NCBI GenBank assembly: GCA_044220955.1
Contig: JBGAQA010000053.1
Span: 1 to 45,732 of the forward strand
DNA length: 45,732 nucleotides
Direction of reading: 5' to 3'
DNA from: Sandaracinaceae bacterium
Lineage (GTDB): Bacteria; Myxococcota_A; Polyangia; Polyangiales; Sandaracinaceae
A program made the position numbers and the translations under genes. Shown here piece after piece: positions 36,560 through 45,732 of this stretch (its first letter is position 1; the number at the start of each line of letters is the position of its first letter). The notes below the pieces were generated by a model, which was given only the letters and a program-made list of their open reading frames with translations, had not been told where the DNA came from and made no database searches.

Positions 36560-37252
36560 ATGAACGCGAAAGAGGCCTACCTCACGAAGGACGGTGTCCG
36601 CTTCCTCGCCGAGCTCCGGGCCCACAACGAGAAGGCGTGGTTCGAGAAGAACAAGGCGCGCTACGAGGCGGGCGTCCGCGCGCCGGCGCTGCGGCTCGTC
36701 GCGGACCTCGCACCCGTGCTCGCGAAGGTCAGCAAGCGCTTCGTCGTCGACCCGCGCCCGAACGGTGGCTCGCTCTCGCGCATCCACCGCGACACGCGCT
36801 TCTCCAAGGACAAGAGCCCGTACAAGACGCACCTCTTCGTGCACTTTCGTCACGAGAGCGGCGACGACGACGCCTCGCCCGGGTTCTTCCTGCGGCTCGG
36901 ACCGGGAGCGTCGAGCGTCGGCGGCGGCGTGTGGCACCCCGCCCCCGCGAAGCTCGCCGAGATCCGCCGCGCGATCGCGACGCGCTCCCGCGACTGGAAG
37001 AAGGCCAAGCAGAAGAGCGACGTCGGCGCGGGGTGCATGATCACTGGCGAGTCGCTCAAGAACGTCCCGAAGGGCTTCGACCCCGCGCACGAGCACGCCG
37101 AGGATCTCAGGCGCAAGGACTTCGGCGCCTCGGTCCCGCTCCCGGACGCGTCCCTCACGAGCGCCGGGCTGGTCGCGGACGTCGCTGCCCGATTCCGCTC
37201 CGTCGCGCCCGTCGTCGCGTTCGTCTGCGACGCGATCGCGCTGCCGTTCTGA
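36560..37252 (+). CDS. DUF2461 (TIGR02453) family protein
   Basis: FLAELRAHNEKAWFEKNKARYE, RIHRDTRFSKDKSPYKTH, LKNVPKGF. Confidence 0.92.
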   Translation: MNAKEAYLTKDGVRFLAELRAHNEKAWFEKNKARYEAGVRAPALRLVADLAPVLAKVSKRFVVDPRPNGGSLSRIHRDTRFSKDKSPYKTHLFVHFRHESGDDDASPGFFLRLGPGASSVGGGVWHPAPAKLAEIRRAIATRSRDWKKAKQKSDVGAGCMITGESLKNVPKGFDPAHEHAEDLRRKDFGASVPLPDASLTSAGLVADVAARFRSVAPVVAFVCDAIALPF

Positions 37253-37312
37253 TCGCGGGCGGGCCGATCCGGCTCGCCCGACCCTGGCCTCCCACGAGAG
37301 AAGGATGGACCG

Positions 37313-38338
37313 ATGAGCGTGTTCCTCGATGCGTGTGCGAAGAAGCCCACGCCCCACACCCCGATCTGGCTCATGCGTCAGGCGGGCCGCTACCAGCCTT
37401 CGTACCGCGCGATCCGCGAGAAGGTGTCGTTCATGGAGCTCTGCCGCTCGCCCTCGCTCTGCTCCGAGGTGGCGCTGCGCGCGGTCGACGACCTCGGCGT
37501 GGACGCCGCGATCGTGTTCTCGGACATCCTCGTCGTCCTCGAGCCGCTCGGCATCGGCTTCGAGTTCACCAAGGACGACGGACCGAAGATCGCGCGCCCG
37601 GTGCGCGAGGCGAAGGACGTCGACCGCGTGAGGACCGAGATCGACGCCGCCGGCTCGCTCGCCTACGTGATGGATGCCATCCGGACGACGAAGCGCGACC
37701 TCGCGGGCAAGGTCCCGCTGATCGGCTTCTCGGGCGCGCCGTTCACGCTCGGCTCGTACGTGATCGAGGGCGGCGGCTCGCGCGAGCACCTGTTCGTGAA
37801 GAAGCTCATGTACTCGGACGAGGGCGCCTTCTCTTCGCTGATGGGCCGGCTCGCCGACGCCGTCGGGCGATACCTCTCCGCCCAGATCGACGCGGGCGCG
37901 CAGGCGGTGCAGCTCTTCGACAGCTGGGTCGGCACGCTCTCCGTCGAGGACTACCGGAGGTACGTGCTGCCGCACACCAAGCGCGCGATCGACGCCGTCG
38001 GGGGCCGCGTTCCGGTGATCCACTTCGGGACGGGAAATCCTTCGCTCTATCCCGCCATGCGCGAGGCGGGCGGCGACGTGATCGGGATCGACGCACGCGC
38101 GGATCTCGCCGCCACGTGGGACGCGCTCGGCGACGTCGCGCTGATGGGGAACCTCGAGTCGGCGGCGCTGCTGGGCGCGCGCGAGACGCTCTTGCGCAAG
38201 ACCGATGCGATCCTCGCCGCCGCCCGCGGCCGGCGAGGCCACGTCTTCAACCTCGGGCACGGCATCCTGCCCTCGGCCGACGTCGCGACCGCGCGCGCTC
38301 TCGTCGAACACGTGCACGAGAAGAGCGCCGCACGCTGA
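37313..38338 (+). CDS. hemE: Uroporphyrinogen decarboxylase
   Basis: PIWLMRQAGRY, DAAIVFSDIL, LIGFSGAPFTL, QLFDSW, FNLGHGI. Confidence 0.98.
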   Translation: MSVFLDACAKKPTPHTPIWLMRQAGRYQPSYRAIREKVSFMELCRSPSLCSEVALRAVDDLGVDAAIVFSDILVVLEPLGIGFEFTKDDGPKIARPVREAKDVDRVRTEIDAAGSLAYVMDAIRTTKRDLAGKVPLIGFSGAPFTLGSYVIEGGGSREHLFVKKLMYSDEGAFSSLMGRLADAVGRYLSAQIDAGAQAVQLFDSWVGTLSVEDYRRYVLPHTKRAIDAVGGRVPVIHFGTGNPSLYPAMREAGGDVIGIDARADLAATWDALGDVALMGNLESAALLGARETLLRKTDAILAAARGRRGHVFNLGHGILPSADVATARALVEHVHEKSAAR

Positions 38339-38340
38339 CG

Positions 38341-39720
38341 ATGGCCGCGCGGGTCATCGTCGTCGGTGCGGGGCTGAGCGGTCTGGTGGCCGCGCGGCGG
38401 CTGCGGCTCGCGGGGCACGAGGTGCGCGTGCTCGAGGCCGCGGACGCGCCCGGCGGCTGGCTGCGCACCGCGCGCGTGCAGGTCGACGCCCGGGAGCTGG
38501 TGGTCGAGCTCGGACCGGACTCGATCCTCGGCGAGAAGCCCTCGGGTCGGGCGCTCGTCGCGGAGCTGGGGCTCGAAGGCCGGGTGATCGAGACGCGCAC
38601 CGATCGGCACGGCGCCTACGTGGTGGCGCGTGGGCGACTCGAGCGGATCCCCGAGGGCTGGTCGCTCGTCGCGCCCGGTCGCGCGACGCCGGTGCTCCAG
38701 TCGCCGGTGCTCGGCCCGCCCGGGCGCGTGCGCGCGGCCCTCGAGCGCTGGGCGCCGAGCGAGCCGAAGGACGACGAGACCCTCGCGGAGTTCGCGCGCC
38801 GACGCGTCGGCTGGGAAGGGTTCGAGCGCCTCGCGCAGCCCCTGGCGTCCGGGATCTACGGCGCCGACGCGGAGCTGCTCGGCCTCGCGGCGACCCTGCC
38901 GCGCTTTCTGGCGATGGAGCGCGAGAGGGGGAGCGTCGGAGGCGCGCTCGCCTCCGCCCCGCCTCGCCAGCAGGGCAGCGGCGCGCGCTACGGGATGTTC
39001 TTCGCGTTCGACGGCGGGATGCAGGTGCTCGTCGACGCCCTCGCGGGCGCCCTGCCTGGTGCGATCGAGACGGGCGCCCGTGTCGAGCGCATCGAGCGGC
39101 AGGGCGCGGAGCTCGTGCTCTCGGCCGCCAGCGAGCGGTGGCGCGCCGACGCCGTCGTGGTCGCGCTCCCGGGGCCGAGGGCGGCGCCGCTGCTCGCGAG
39201 CGTGGCGCCCGAGGCCTCGCGTGCGCTCGCCGGGATCGAGCACGGCAGCGTCGCGACCGTCACGTTCGTGTTCCGCCGCGCCGACGTCACGCACCCGCTC
39301 GATGCCTACGGCTACGTCACGCCCGTCGTGGAGCGCCGGCGCGTGATGGCCGCCACCTTCGCCAGCGAGAAGTGGCCCGGCCGCGTTCCAGACGACCTCG
39401 TCCTGCTCCGGGCGTTCGTCGGCGCGATCGACGAGCACGCCGTCGAGGAGCGCAGTGACGAGGCCCTGGCCCGCGCGGCGCGCCGCGACTTCACGCAGCT
39501 GCTCGGGGTCCGCGGCGAGGCGCTCTTCACACGGGTGATTCGATATCCGCACGCGATGCCGCGCTACGCGCTCGGCCACCTCGAGCGCGCGCGGGCGATC
39601 GCGGCGCATCTCGAGAGGGCGCCGGGCGTGGCGCTCGCCGGCAACGCGCTCTTCGGAGTCGGGATTCCGGACGCGATCACCAGCGGCGAGCGCGCCGCGA
39701 GCGCGCTCGACCTCGGCTGA
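38341..39720 (+). CDS. hemY: HemY-type FAD-dependent protoporphyrinogen/coproporphyrinogen oxidase
   Basis: VVGAGLSGL, ELGPDS, SGIYGAD, GGMQVLVDAL, SEKWPGR, AMPRYALGH, GVGIPD; ATG 2 nt after the hemE stop. Confidence 0.93.
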   Translation: MAARVIVVGAGLSGLVAARRLRLAGHEVRVLEAADAPGGWLRTARVQVDARELVVELGPDSILGEKPSGRALVAELGLEGRVIETRTDRHGAYVVARGRLERIPEGWSLVAPGRATPVLQSPVLGPPGRVRAALERWAPSEPKDDETLAEFARRRVGWEGFERLAQPLASGIYGADAELLGLAATLPRFLAMERERGSVGGALASAPPRQQGSGARYGMFFAFDGGMQVLVDALAGALPGAIETGARVERIERQGAELVLSAASERWRADAVVVALPGPRAAPLLASVAPEASRALAGIEHGSVATVTFVFRRADVTHPLDAYGYVTPVVERRRVMAATFASEKWPGRVPDDLVLLRAFVGAIDEHAVEERSDEALARAARRDFTQLLGVRGEALFTRVIRYPHAMPRYALGHLERARAIAAHLERAPGVALAGNALFGVGIPDAITSGERAASALDLG

Positions 39721-39729
39721 CGAGGGTCA

Positions 39730-40683
39730 TCAGCGCGCGGCCGCGGCGATCGCGCAGCCCGAGCCGGGAGTGTAGTCGCTGCGGAGCGGGCCGAGGAGCG
39801 AGATGGAGATCTCGCCTTGCCGTACGGTGGCCTCCGCGCAGCCGATGAGCCTCGGGAGCTCGCCCGCGGTCAAGGTCGCCCACGTCTCGACGCGACACGA
39901 CGCGCTCGGCAAGATGTTGGCGCCCACGAAGTTGCCGCTGGCGCCGGTGAGGCCCGTGCGCGTCGGGGCCGTGCCCTCGAGGCCCGTGATCGTGGGCGCC
40001 GAGCGGTCTCCGATGGGTCCCGTGACCACCTCGGTGCCGTCGACGAAGACGCGCACACGGACGTTGGCGAGCGGGTGGTTCGAGCAGTCGATCGCGCGTC
40101 CGGACATCGAGCCGAAGCGCGACGGGTCGTAGGTGCGGCCGATCAGGTTGCCCACGATCGTGATCGTGGTCGGGGCGAAGACGGGGATGACGGCGAGCGT
40201 CTCGCTCGAGCTGGCGATCCAGGGCTGGTTGAACGCCGACACCTGCGCCGTCTGACCGCTCTCGGCGACGCGGAACGCGAACCACGAGCCGGCGGCGAGC
40301 GTCAGCGTGATGAAGCCGCTCCCGTCGGTGTTGTAGACGGTGCACCCGGGCGCGTCGCAGGTCGCGGCGAGGCGGTTGTCCGAGAACACCTCGACCCGGT
40401 TGCCCGTCAGGTTCGCGTGCGAGATGAACTCCTGGAACTGAGCCGGCCCGGACAAGGGCGCACCGCCCACCGGCACGGTGGCCGATCCGACGCAGCCGAG
40501 GTCGGCGGGGATCGTGGTGCCGGTCGAGGGGTCGGTCGCGACGACCATCGCCTGCGCGACCGGTCCAGCGTCCTCGCGGGGCCCGGTGTCCGGGACGGCC
40601 GTGGCGGGGGGCGTGTTGCACCCCGCCGCCGCCGTCACGAGCAGCGCAAGAGCCCCCCGAAGCACACCGCCGTTGCAGGCCAT
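39730..40683 (-). CDS. Lipoprotein, carboxypeptidase-regulatory-like beta-sandwich domains (paralogue A)
   Basis: AAAG-C lipobox; SGRAIDC...LANVRVRVF; aligns by eye with 40832-41812. Confidence 0.8.
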   Translation of the reverse strand: MACNGGVLRGALALLVTAAAGCNTPPATAVPDTGPREDAGPVAQAMVVATDPSTGTTIPADLGCVGSATVPVGGAPLSGPAQFQEFISHANLTGNRVEVFSDNRLAATCDAPGCTVYNTDGSGFITLTLAAGSWFAFRVAESGQTAQVSAFNQPWIASSSETLAVIPVFAPTTITIVGNLIGRTYDPSRFGSMSGRAIDCSNHPLANVRVRVFVDGTEVVTGPIGDRSAPTITGLEGTAPTRTGLTGASGNFVGANILPSASCRVETWATLTAGELPRLIGCAEATVRQGEISISLLGPLRSDYTPGSGCAIAAAAR

Positions 40684-40740
40684 TCTCTCCCTCTCTTGCG
40701 GGTCGTGCGCCGGCATCACCGCGAAGCGCCGAGGATGACA

Positions 40741-40785
40741 CACAAAGAGAAACGGGCCCCCGCGGATTTCGCGGGAGCCCGTTTC
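40741..40785 (-). terminator. Rho-independent terminator after paralogue B
   Basis: Minus strand GAAACGGGCTCCCGCG-AAATC-CGCGGGGGCCCGTTTC followed by TCTTTGT. Confidence 0.75.
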
Positions 40786-40831
40786 GACTGCCGTTTCGGG
40801 GCTCGACGATCCGGCCGCGCCGGACGCTCGA

Positions 40832-41812
40832 TCAGTGCCCGGCGGCGGTCGCGGCCATGTCGCAGGGCGAGCCGGCCGCGTAGTCGCTGCGGAGCGGGCC
40901 GGTCACGAGGACCGTGATGGCGCCCGCGACGACGCGGCCCTCCTCGCAGCCGATCAGCTCGGGCGTGCCGCCTGCCGTGCGCGTGCCCCAGATCTCGACG
41001 TGGTAGTCGTCGCCGACCGGGACGTTCGCTCCGACGAACGTTCCGCCGTCGCCCGTGAGGGTGCTGCGCGTCGGGTTCGTCCCCTGCAGGCCGTTGATTC
41101 GCGGCGAGGTGCGGTCGCTCGCGGGGCCGGTCACCACCTGCGTCGCGCCGTGGAACACGCGGGCCTCGGCGTTCGCGATGTGCGTCCCGGTGCAGTCGTT
41201 GACCTGGCCCGAGATCGCGCCAGCGGTCGCCGTCTGGAACGTGCGGCCGAGGAGGGAGGACACCAGGCTGATGGAGGACGCCGAGAAGGCGGCCGTCTCG
41301 AACGTCGTGCCCGCGGCCATCGGCCAGTCCTGGTTGTACGCGATCACTTCGGCCGTACCGGCCGACGGAAGGATGTGCACGCCGACCCAGGCGCCAGCGG
41401 GCGCGCTGAGGTCGACGTGACCCATGGAGTCGGTCATGCCCATGACGCAGCTCGGCGAGGCGCAGGTGCCGGTGGGCATGTCGTTCGTGTACAGCTCGAT
41501 CGTCGTGTCCGCGACGGCCGCCATCGAGACGTACTCGCTGACCTCGATGGTGGCCGTGGTGGCCGCGCCGCCAGCCGGGATCGTCGCGGTGCCGAGGCAG
41601 CTGAGGTCGACGGTGCAGGGCGTCATGTCGGAGTGCAGGCAGCCGAGGACCGCCGGGGCCGCGGGGCCGGTGTCCACCATCGGTCCGGGGCCGGTGTCCA
41701 CCATCGGTCCGGTGTCGTTGCCGGGCGTCACGCCCGAGTCCGTCGCCGGCGTGCTACCGCTGCAGCCCACCGCGATCGCCATCAAGCAGGTCAAGACCAG
41801 GCGCTTCTCCAT
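40832..41812 (-). CDS. Lipoprotein, carboxypeptidase-regulatory-like beta-sandwich domains (paralogue B)
   Basis: GGGAGG RBS; IAVG-C lipobox; SGQVNDC...IANAEARVF; GPLRSDY C-terminus shared with paralogue A. Confidence 0.82.
   Translation of the reverse strand: MEKRLVLTCLMAIAVGCSGSTPATDSGVTPGNDTGPMVDTGPGPMVDTGPAAPAVLGCLHSDMTPCTVDLSCLGTATIPAGGAATTATIEVSEYVSMAAVADTTIELYTNDMPTGTCASPSCVMGMTDSMGHVDLSAPAGAWVGVHILPSAGTAEVIAYNQDWPMAAGTTFETAAFSASSISLVSSLLGRTFQTATAGAISGQVNDCTGTHIANAEARVFHGATQVVTGPASDRTSPRINGLQGTNPTRSTLTGDGGTFVGANVPVGDDYHVEIWGTRTAGGTPELIGCEEGRVVAGAITVLVTGPLRSDYAAGSPCDMAATAAGH
41663..41710. repeat. Perfect 24-bp tandem duplication in the linker of paralogue B
   Basis: GGGGCCGGTGTCCACCATCGGTCC x2, encoding GPMVDTGP twice. 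Confidence 0.95.
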
Positions 41813-41924
41813 AGGATCCTCCCTAGACACACGTTGGAATTCGCCGGCCGGTTCCGGGACTGCCGCCGGCGCGAGCGCGCGAGCATGACACGGCCGCGGG
41901 AACGGACAACCGAAACGCCCTCCC

Positions 41925-41953
41925 TTGACCGTCCGGAAACGCCCTCCCATACT
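41925..41953 (+). promoter_or_regulatory. sigma70-type promoter of rpsO
   Basis: TTGACC (41925-41930), 17-nt spacer, CATACT (41948-41953). Confidence 0.75.
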
Positions 41954-41997
41954 CGCGCCTCTTTTTTCGAACCCAACGAACAGAGCAGCAGACACTC

Positions 41998-42267
41998 ATG
42001 ACGGTCACCGCCGAGCGCAAGACCTCCCTGATCAAGTCCTTCGCCACGCACGAGGGAGACACGGGCTCGCCCGAGGTGCAGATCGCGATCCTCACGGAGC
42101 GCATCTCGCACCTGACGGAGCACTTCAAGACGCACGTGAAGGACCACCACTCGCGCCGGGGGCTCCTGCACCTCGTCAGCCAGCGTCGGCGCCTGCTCGA
42201 CTACCTCCGCGGCAAGAACGTCGAGCGCTACCGCAAGGTCATCGGCGCGCTCGGCATCCGCAAGTGA
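41998..42267 (+). CDS. rpsO: 30S ribosomal protein S15
   Basis: [36 protein letters not shown]. Confidence 0.99.
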   Translation: MTVTAERKTSLIKSFATHEGDTGSPEVQIAILTERISHLTEHFKTHVKDHHSRRGLLHLVSQRRRLLDYLRGKNVERYRKVIGALGIRK

Positions 42268-42281
42268 ACTGAGACGAACCC

Positions 42282-42319
42282 GCGAGCGTGAGAGCCACTT
42301 CTCACGCTCGCTTCGTTTT
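42282..42319 (+). terminator. Terminator-like hairpin after rpsO
   Basis: GCGAGCGTGAGA-GCCACT-TCTCACGCTCGC followed by TTCGTTTT. Confidence 0.75.
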
Positions 42320-42466
42320 GGCTCGCGCGCATCCGGACGAATCGGACTTCGTTTCGAGCGCTCGATGGTCTGCTCCGGTGGACGTCGAGCGCTCGAACCG
42401 AGGACCGAGCACCGGGGCGGGCGGGCACCGAACCGATCCGCAACCCCGAACCCCGAGAGTGTGCTC

Positions 42467-44662
42467 ATGGCTCAGATCATCAGAGAGAACGTCAAGATCG
42501 GCGACCGCGTGGTCACCCTCGAGACCGGTCGCATCGCCAAGCAGGCGCATGGCAGCTGTCTCGTCACGAGCGGCGAGTCGATCGTGCTGGTCACCGTCTG
42601 CGGTACGCAGGAGGCTCGCCCCGGTATCGACTTCCTCCCGCTCTCGGTCGAGTACGTCGAGAAGACCTTCGCGGCCGGCAAGATCCCCGGCGGCTTCTTC
42701 AAGCGCGAGGGCAAGCTCCGCGACGCCGAGGTGCTCGTCTCCCGGCTGATCGATCGTCCGTGCCGGCCGCTCTTCCCGGAAGGCTACCGCAACGAGATCC
42801 AGATCATCGCGACGGTCCTCTCGTTCGACCAGGAGAACCCGACGGACGTGCTCGCGGCCCTGGGCGCCTCGGCCGCGCTCGCGATGTCGCCGATCCCGTG
42901 GGCCGGCCCCATCGGCTCGCTGCGCGTCGGGCGGGTCGGCGGCCGTTTCGTCGCGAACCCGACCTTCCAGCAGATCGAAGAGGGCGACCTCGAGCTGGTC
43001 ATCGCGGCGAGCAAGGACGCCATCGTGATGGTCGAAGGGGAGGGCAACGAGGTCAACGAGGGCGACCTCGTCGACGCGCTGTTCTTCGGCAAGGACGCGA
43101 TCAAGCCGGCCATCGAGCTCATCGAGGAGATGGCCAAGGCCGCCGGCCAGAAGAAGTGGGCGTTCAGCCCGCCGGCCAAGACGCCGGGCCTGTCGGAGCG
43201 CGTGGAGGCGGTCGCGGGACCGGGCGCGAAGGCTGCGTGCAGCGTGGTCGTCAAGCACGAGCGCGCGGCGGCCTTCAAGGCTGCGCGAAAGAAGATGCTC
43301 GAGGTGCTCCTCCCGGAGCTCGGCGCCGACAAGGAGAAGGAGCTCAAGGAGGCCTACGAGGATCTCAAGTACACGACGATGCGCGAGCAGGTCCTGACGG
43401 ACAAGCGCCGCGTCGACGGTCGCGACTTCGTCACGGTGCGTCCGATCACGATCGAGCAGGGGATCCTGCCGCGCGTCCACGGCAGCTCGCTCTTCACGCG
43501 CGGCGAGACGCAGGGCATCGTCACGACGACGCTCGGCACCACCAGCGACGAGCAGCGCATCGACTCGCTCGAGGGCAACCACTTCAAGCGCTTCCTGCTC
43601 CACTACAACTTCCCGGCCTACAGCGTCGGTGAGGTCAAGCCGATGCGCGGCCCCGGCCGGCGCGAGATCGGCCACGGCAACCTCGCCGAGCGCTCGCTCG
43701 CCAAGATGGTGCCGAGCAAGGAAGAGTTCCCGTACACGATCCGCATCGTCTCCGAGATCACCGAGTCGAACGGCTCGAGCTCGATGGCGAGCGTCTGTGG
43801 CGGCGCGCTCTCGATGATGGACGCGGGCGTCCCGCTCAAGGCGGCGGTCGCGGGCGTCGCGATGGGCCTCATCAAGGAGGGCGAGCGCTACGCCGTCCTC
43901 ACGGACATCCTCGGCGACGAGGACGCGCTCGGCGACATGGACTTCAAGGTGTGCGGCACCAAGAAGGGCATCACCGGCATCCAGATGGACATCAAGATCC
44001 AGGGTCTCTCGCGCGAGATCATGGAGAAGGCGCTCGCGCAGGCCAAGGACGGCCGCATGCACATCCTCGGCAAGATGCTCGAGGCGCAACCGACGCCGCG
44101 CGCGGAGCTCAGCAAGTACGCGCCGCGCATCACGACGCTCAAGGTCAAGCCCGACCAGATCCGCGTCATCATCGGGCCCGGCGGCAAGACCATCAAGGGC
44201 ATCGTCGAGCAGACCGGAGCGCAGATCGACGTGGAGGACGACGGCACCGTGCACGTCGCGTCGAGCGATCCGATCAAGGCCCAGAAGGCGATCGACATCA
44301 TCCGCGGTCTCACGACCGAGCCCGAGGTCGGCAAGACCTACAAGGGCATCGTCAAGCGCGTGGAGGCCTACGGCGCGTTCCTCGAGATCATGCCGGGCAC
44401 CGACGGCCTCTGTCACATCAGCGACTTCGCGTGGGAGCGCATCAACCGCGTCGAGGACATCATGAACCTCGGCGACGAGGTCGAGGTTCAGGTCACGAAC
44501 ATCGACGGCGAGGGCCGCGTGCGTCTCTCGCGCAAGGCGCTGCTCGAGAAGCCGGAAGGCTACGTCGAGCCGCCGCCGCGCGAGGATCGTGGCCCGCGGG
44601 ATCGCGACCGTGGCGGTCCGCGCCGGGATCGCGACCGCGGCGATCGCCGTGACCGCCGCTGA
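42467..44662 (+). CDS. pnp: Polyribonucleotide nucleotidyltransferase (PNPase)
   Basis: [59 protein letters not shown] ([10 protein letters not shown]) and S1 domains. Confidence 0.99.
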   Translation: MAQIIRENVKIGDRVVTLETGRIAKQAHGSCLVTSGESIVLVTVCGTQEARPGIDFLPLSVEYVEKTFAAGKIPGGFFKREGKLRDAEVLVSRLIDRPCRPLFPEGYRNEIQIIATVLSFDQENPTDVLAALGASAALAMSPIPWAGPIGSLRVGRVGGRFVANPTFQQIEEGDLELVIAASKDAIVMVEGEGNEVNEGDLVDALFFGKDAIKPAIELIEEMAKAAGQKKWAFSPPAKTPGLSERVEAVAGPGAKAACSVVVKHERAAAFKAARKKMLEVLLPELGADKEKELKEAYEDLKYTTMREQVLTDKRRVDGRDFVTVRPITIEQGILPRVHGSSLFTRGETQGIVTTTLGTTSDEQRIDSLEGNHFKRFLLHYNFPAYSVGEVKPMRGPGRREIGHGNLAERSLAKMVPSKEEFPYTIRIVSEITESNGSSSMASVCGGALSMMDAGVPLKAAVAGVAMGLIKEGERYAVLTDILGDEDALGDMDFKVCGTKKGITGIQMDIKIQGLSREIMEKALAQAKDGRMHILGKMLEAQPTPRAELSKYAPRITTLKVKPDQIRVIIGPGGKTIKGIVEQTGAQIDVEDDGTVHVASSDPIKAQKAIDIIRGLTTEPEVGKTYKGIVKRVEAYGAFLEIMPGTDGLCHISDFAWERINRVEDIMNLGDEVEVQVTNIDGEGRVRLSRKALLEKPEGYVEPPPREDRGPRDRDRGGPRRDRDRGDRRDRR

Positions 44663-45092
44663 GCTGCGCGTCCTGCGGCTCCGTCCGAGCGCACGCCTCC
44701 CCGCGCGCGCCTCGGAGGGAGCGGCGGGGCTCGATCTCTGCGCGGACCTCGACGCGCCCGTGAGCCTCGCTCCGGGCGCGTTCGCGCTGGTGCCGACCGG
44801 GATCGCGATCGCGCTCCCGCCGGGGCACGAGGGGCAGGTGCGGCCGCGCAGCGGGCTCGCCGCCAAGCACGGCGTCACCGTCCTCAACGCTCCGGGCACG
44901 ATCGACGAGGACTACCGCGGCGAGGTGAAGGTGATCCTCGTGAACCACGGGCGGGAGCCCTTCGTCGTCGCGAGCGGCGAGCGCATCGCGCAGCTCGTCG
45001 TCGCGAAGGTCGAGCGGCCGCGCGTGGTCGAGGTCGACTCGCTCGACGCGACGGCGCGCGGCGAGGGCGGCTTCGGCAGCACCGGGCGCTGA
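44649..45092 (+). CDS. dut: dUTP diphosphatase
   Basis: [47 protein letters not shown]. Confidence 0.97.
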   Translation: MTAAELRVLRLRPSARLPARASEGAAGLDLCADLDAPVSLAPGAFALVPTGIAIALPPGHEGQVRPRSGLAAKHGVTVLNAPGTIDEDYRGEVKVILVNHGREPFVVASGERIAQLVVAKVERPRVVEVDSLDATARGEGGFGSTGR

Positions 45093-45095
45093 GCG

Positions 45096-45611
45096 TCAGG
45101 GCGCGCGCTCGACGCAGAGGCCCGTGGCCGCGTCGCAGTCGAGGATCGGCACGCGCGTCGACCCGCCGGCGTCGATCGGCTCGGCCGGATCGCAGTCTCC
45201 GGGTCCTCGGCAGGGGTCGCCCGCTCGCCGCGGGAGGTTCTCGATGCACAGCGACGAGGGATCTCCTCCCCGTCCCACGCCGGTCCAGGGCCGGCAGCCG
45301 AGCGCGCACTGGCAGTACGTCGGTGAGCAGGGGCACTGCGGTATCGCGGCGCCGCAGACGGGGGGCTGCGGTGCGAAGGGGACCTCGCAGAGCACGCCGT
45401 CGCGACACTCGAAGCCGCCGAAGCAATCGAGGTGGCCGCCCGGTCCGCTGTCGCAGGGAGGGACGGGCGGTCCGGCGTCGAAGCCGGGCCTCGCGTCGGG
45501 GAGGAAGCAGCGGGACGCGTCGACCGAGCTCGCGCCGGTGGCCACGCAGCCAGGGGTCGCGAGCGCGAGCCCCAGTGCGACGGTGGCTCCCACGCGACAG
45601 GTGCGCGACAT
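45096..45611 (-). CDS. Small Cys-rich lipoprotein
   Basis: Signal peptide ending TPG-C; many Cys; TACGCT 6 nt upstream of the ATG. Confidence 0.75.
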   Translation of the reverse strand: MSRTCRVGATVALGLALATPGCVATGASSVDASRCFLPDARPGFDAGPPVPPCDSGPGGHLDCFGGFECRDGVLCEVPFAPQPPVCGAAIPQCPCSPTYCQCALGCRPWTGVGRGGDPSSLCIENLPRRAGDPCRGPGDCDPAEPIDAGGSTRVPILDCDAATGLCVERAP

Positions 45612-45648
45612 GCAGGCAGCGTACGCGCGGCGCGGAGGGGTGGCGAGC

Positions 45649-45732
45649 GAGGTCGAGAGCGAGAGCGAGAGCGAGAGCGAGAGCGAGGGCGAGGGCGAGG
45701 GCGAGGTCGAGGGCGAGGGCGAGGGCGAGGGC
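45649..45732. repeat. Hexanucleotide microsatellite GAG(A/G)(G/T)C x14 running off the window end
   Basis: GAGGTC, GAGAGC x5, GAGGGC x3, GAGGTC, GAGGGC x4. Confidence 0.95.

Noticed and set aside
36493..39720. 1075-aa ORF as a HemE-HemY fusion
   Set aside because: Sequence before 38341 is Arg-rich off-frame shadow; hemE is in another frame with its own stop.

Overview
Very GC-rich bacterial chromosomal DNA with many spurious antisense ORFs. Gene content (eukaryote-like Ser/Thr kinases, Cys-rich lipoproteins, CglB-like vWA lipoprotein, HemY-type oxidase) points to a myxobacterium, probably Polyangiales/Sandaracinaceae-like (inference). Housekeeping genes are alaS, dnaB, hemE-hemY and rpsO-pnp-dut. 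Accessory loci are: a kinase/TPR/1065-aa disulfide-repeat lipoprotein module; a Phd-VapC toxin-antitoxin pair with a visible operator; a four-gene operon with two FadL-like barrels; a frameshifted vWA lipoprotein; and tandem paralogous lipoproteins. The standout locus is 7.3-19 kb. It has three adjacent lipoxygenase paralogues, one with a remodelled metal environment and C-terminal Ala. The third is translationally coupled to a non-RD Ser/Thr kinase-STAND ATPase-helical repeat protein. These face a LamB-like porin and an FHA-GGDEF enzyme with Ala at the guanine-specificity (Hypr) position. This is a candidate oxylipin-sensing/signalling system (hypothesis). No rRNA, tRNA, CRISPR array or mobile element was recognised. 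All family calls come from motif recognition by eye; no database searches were run.
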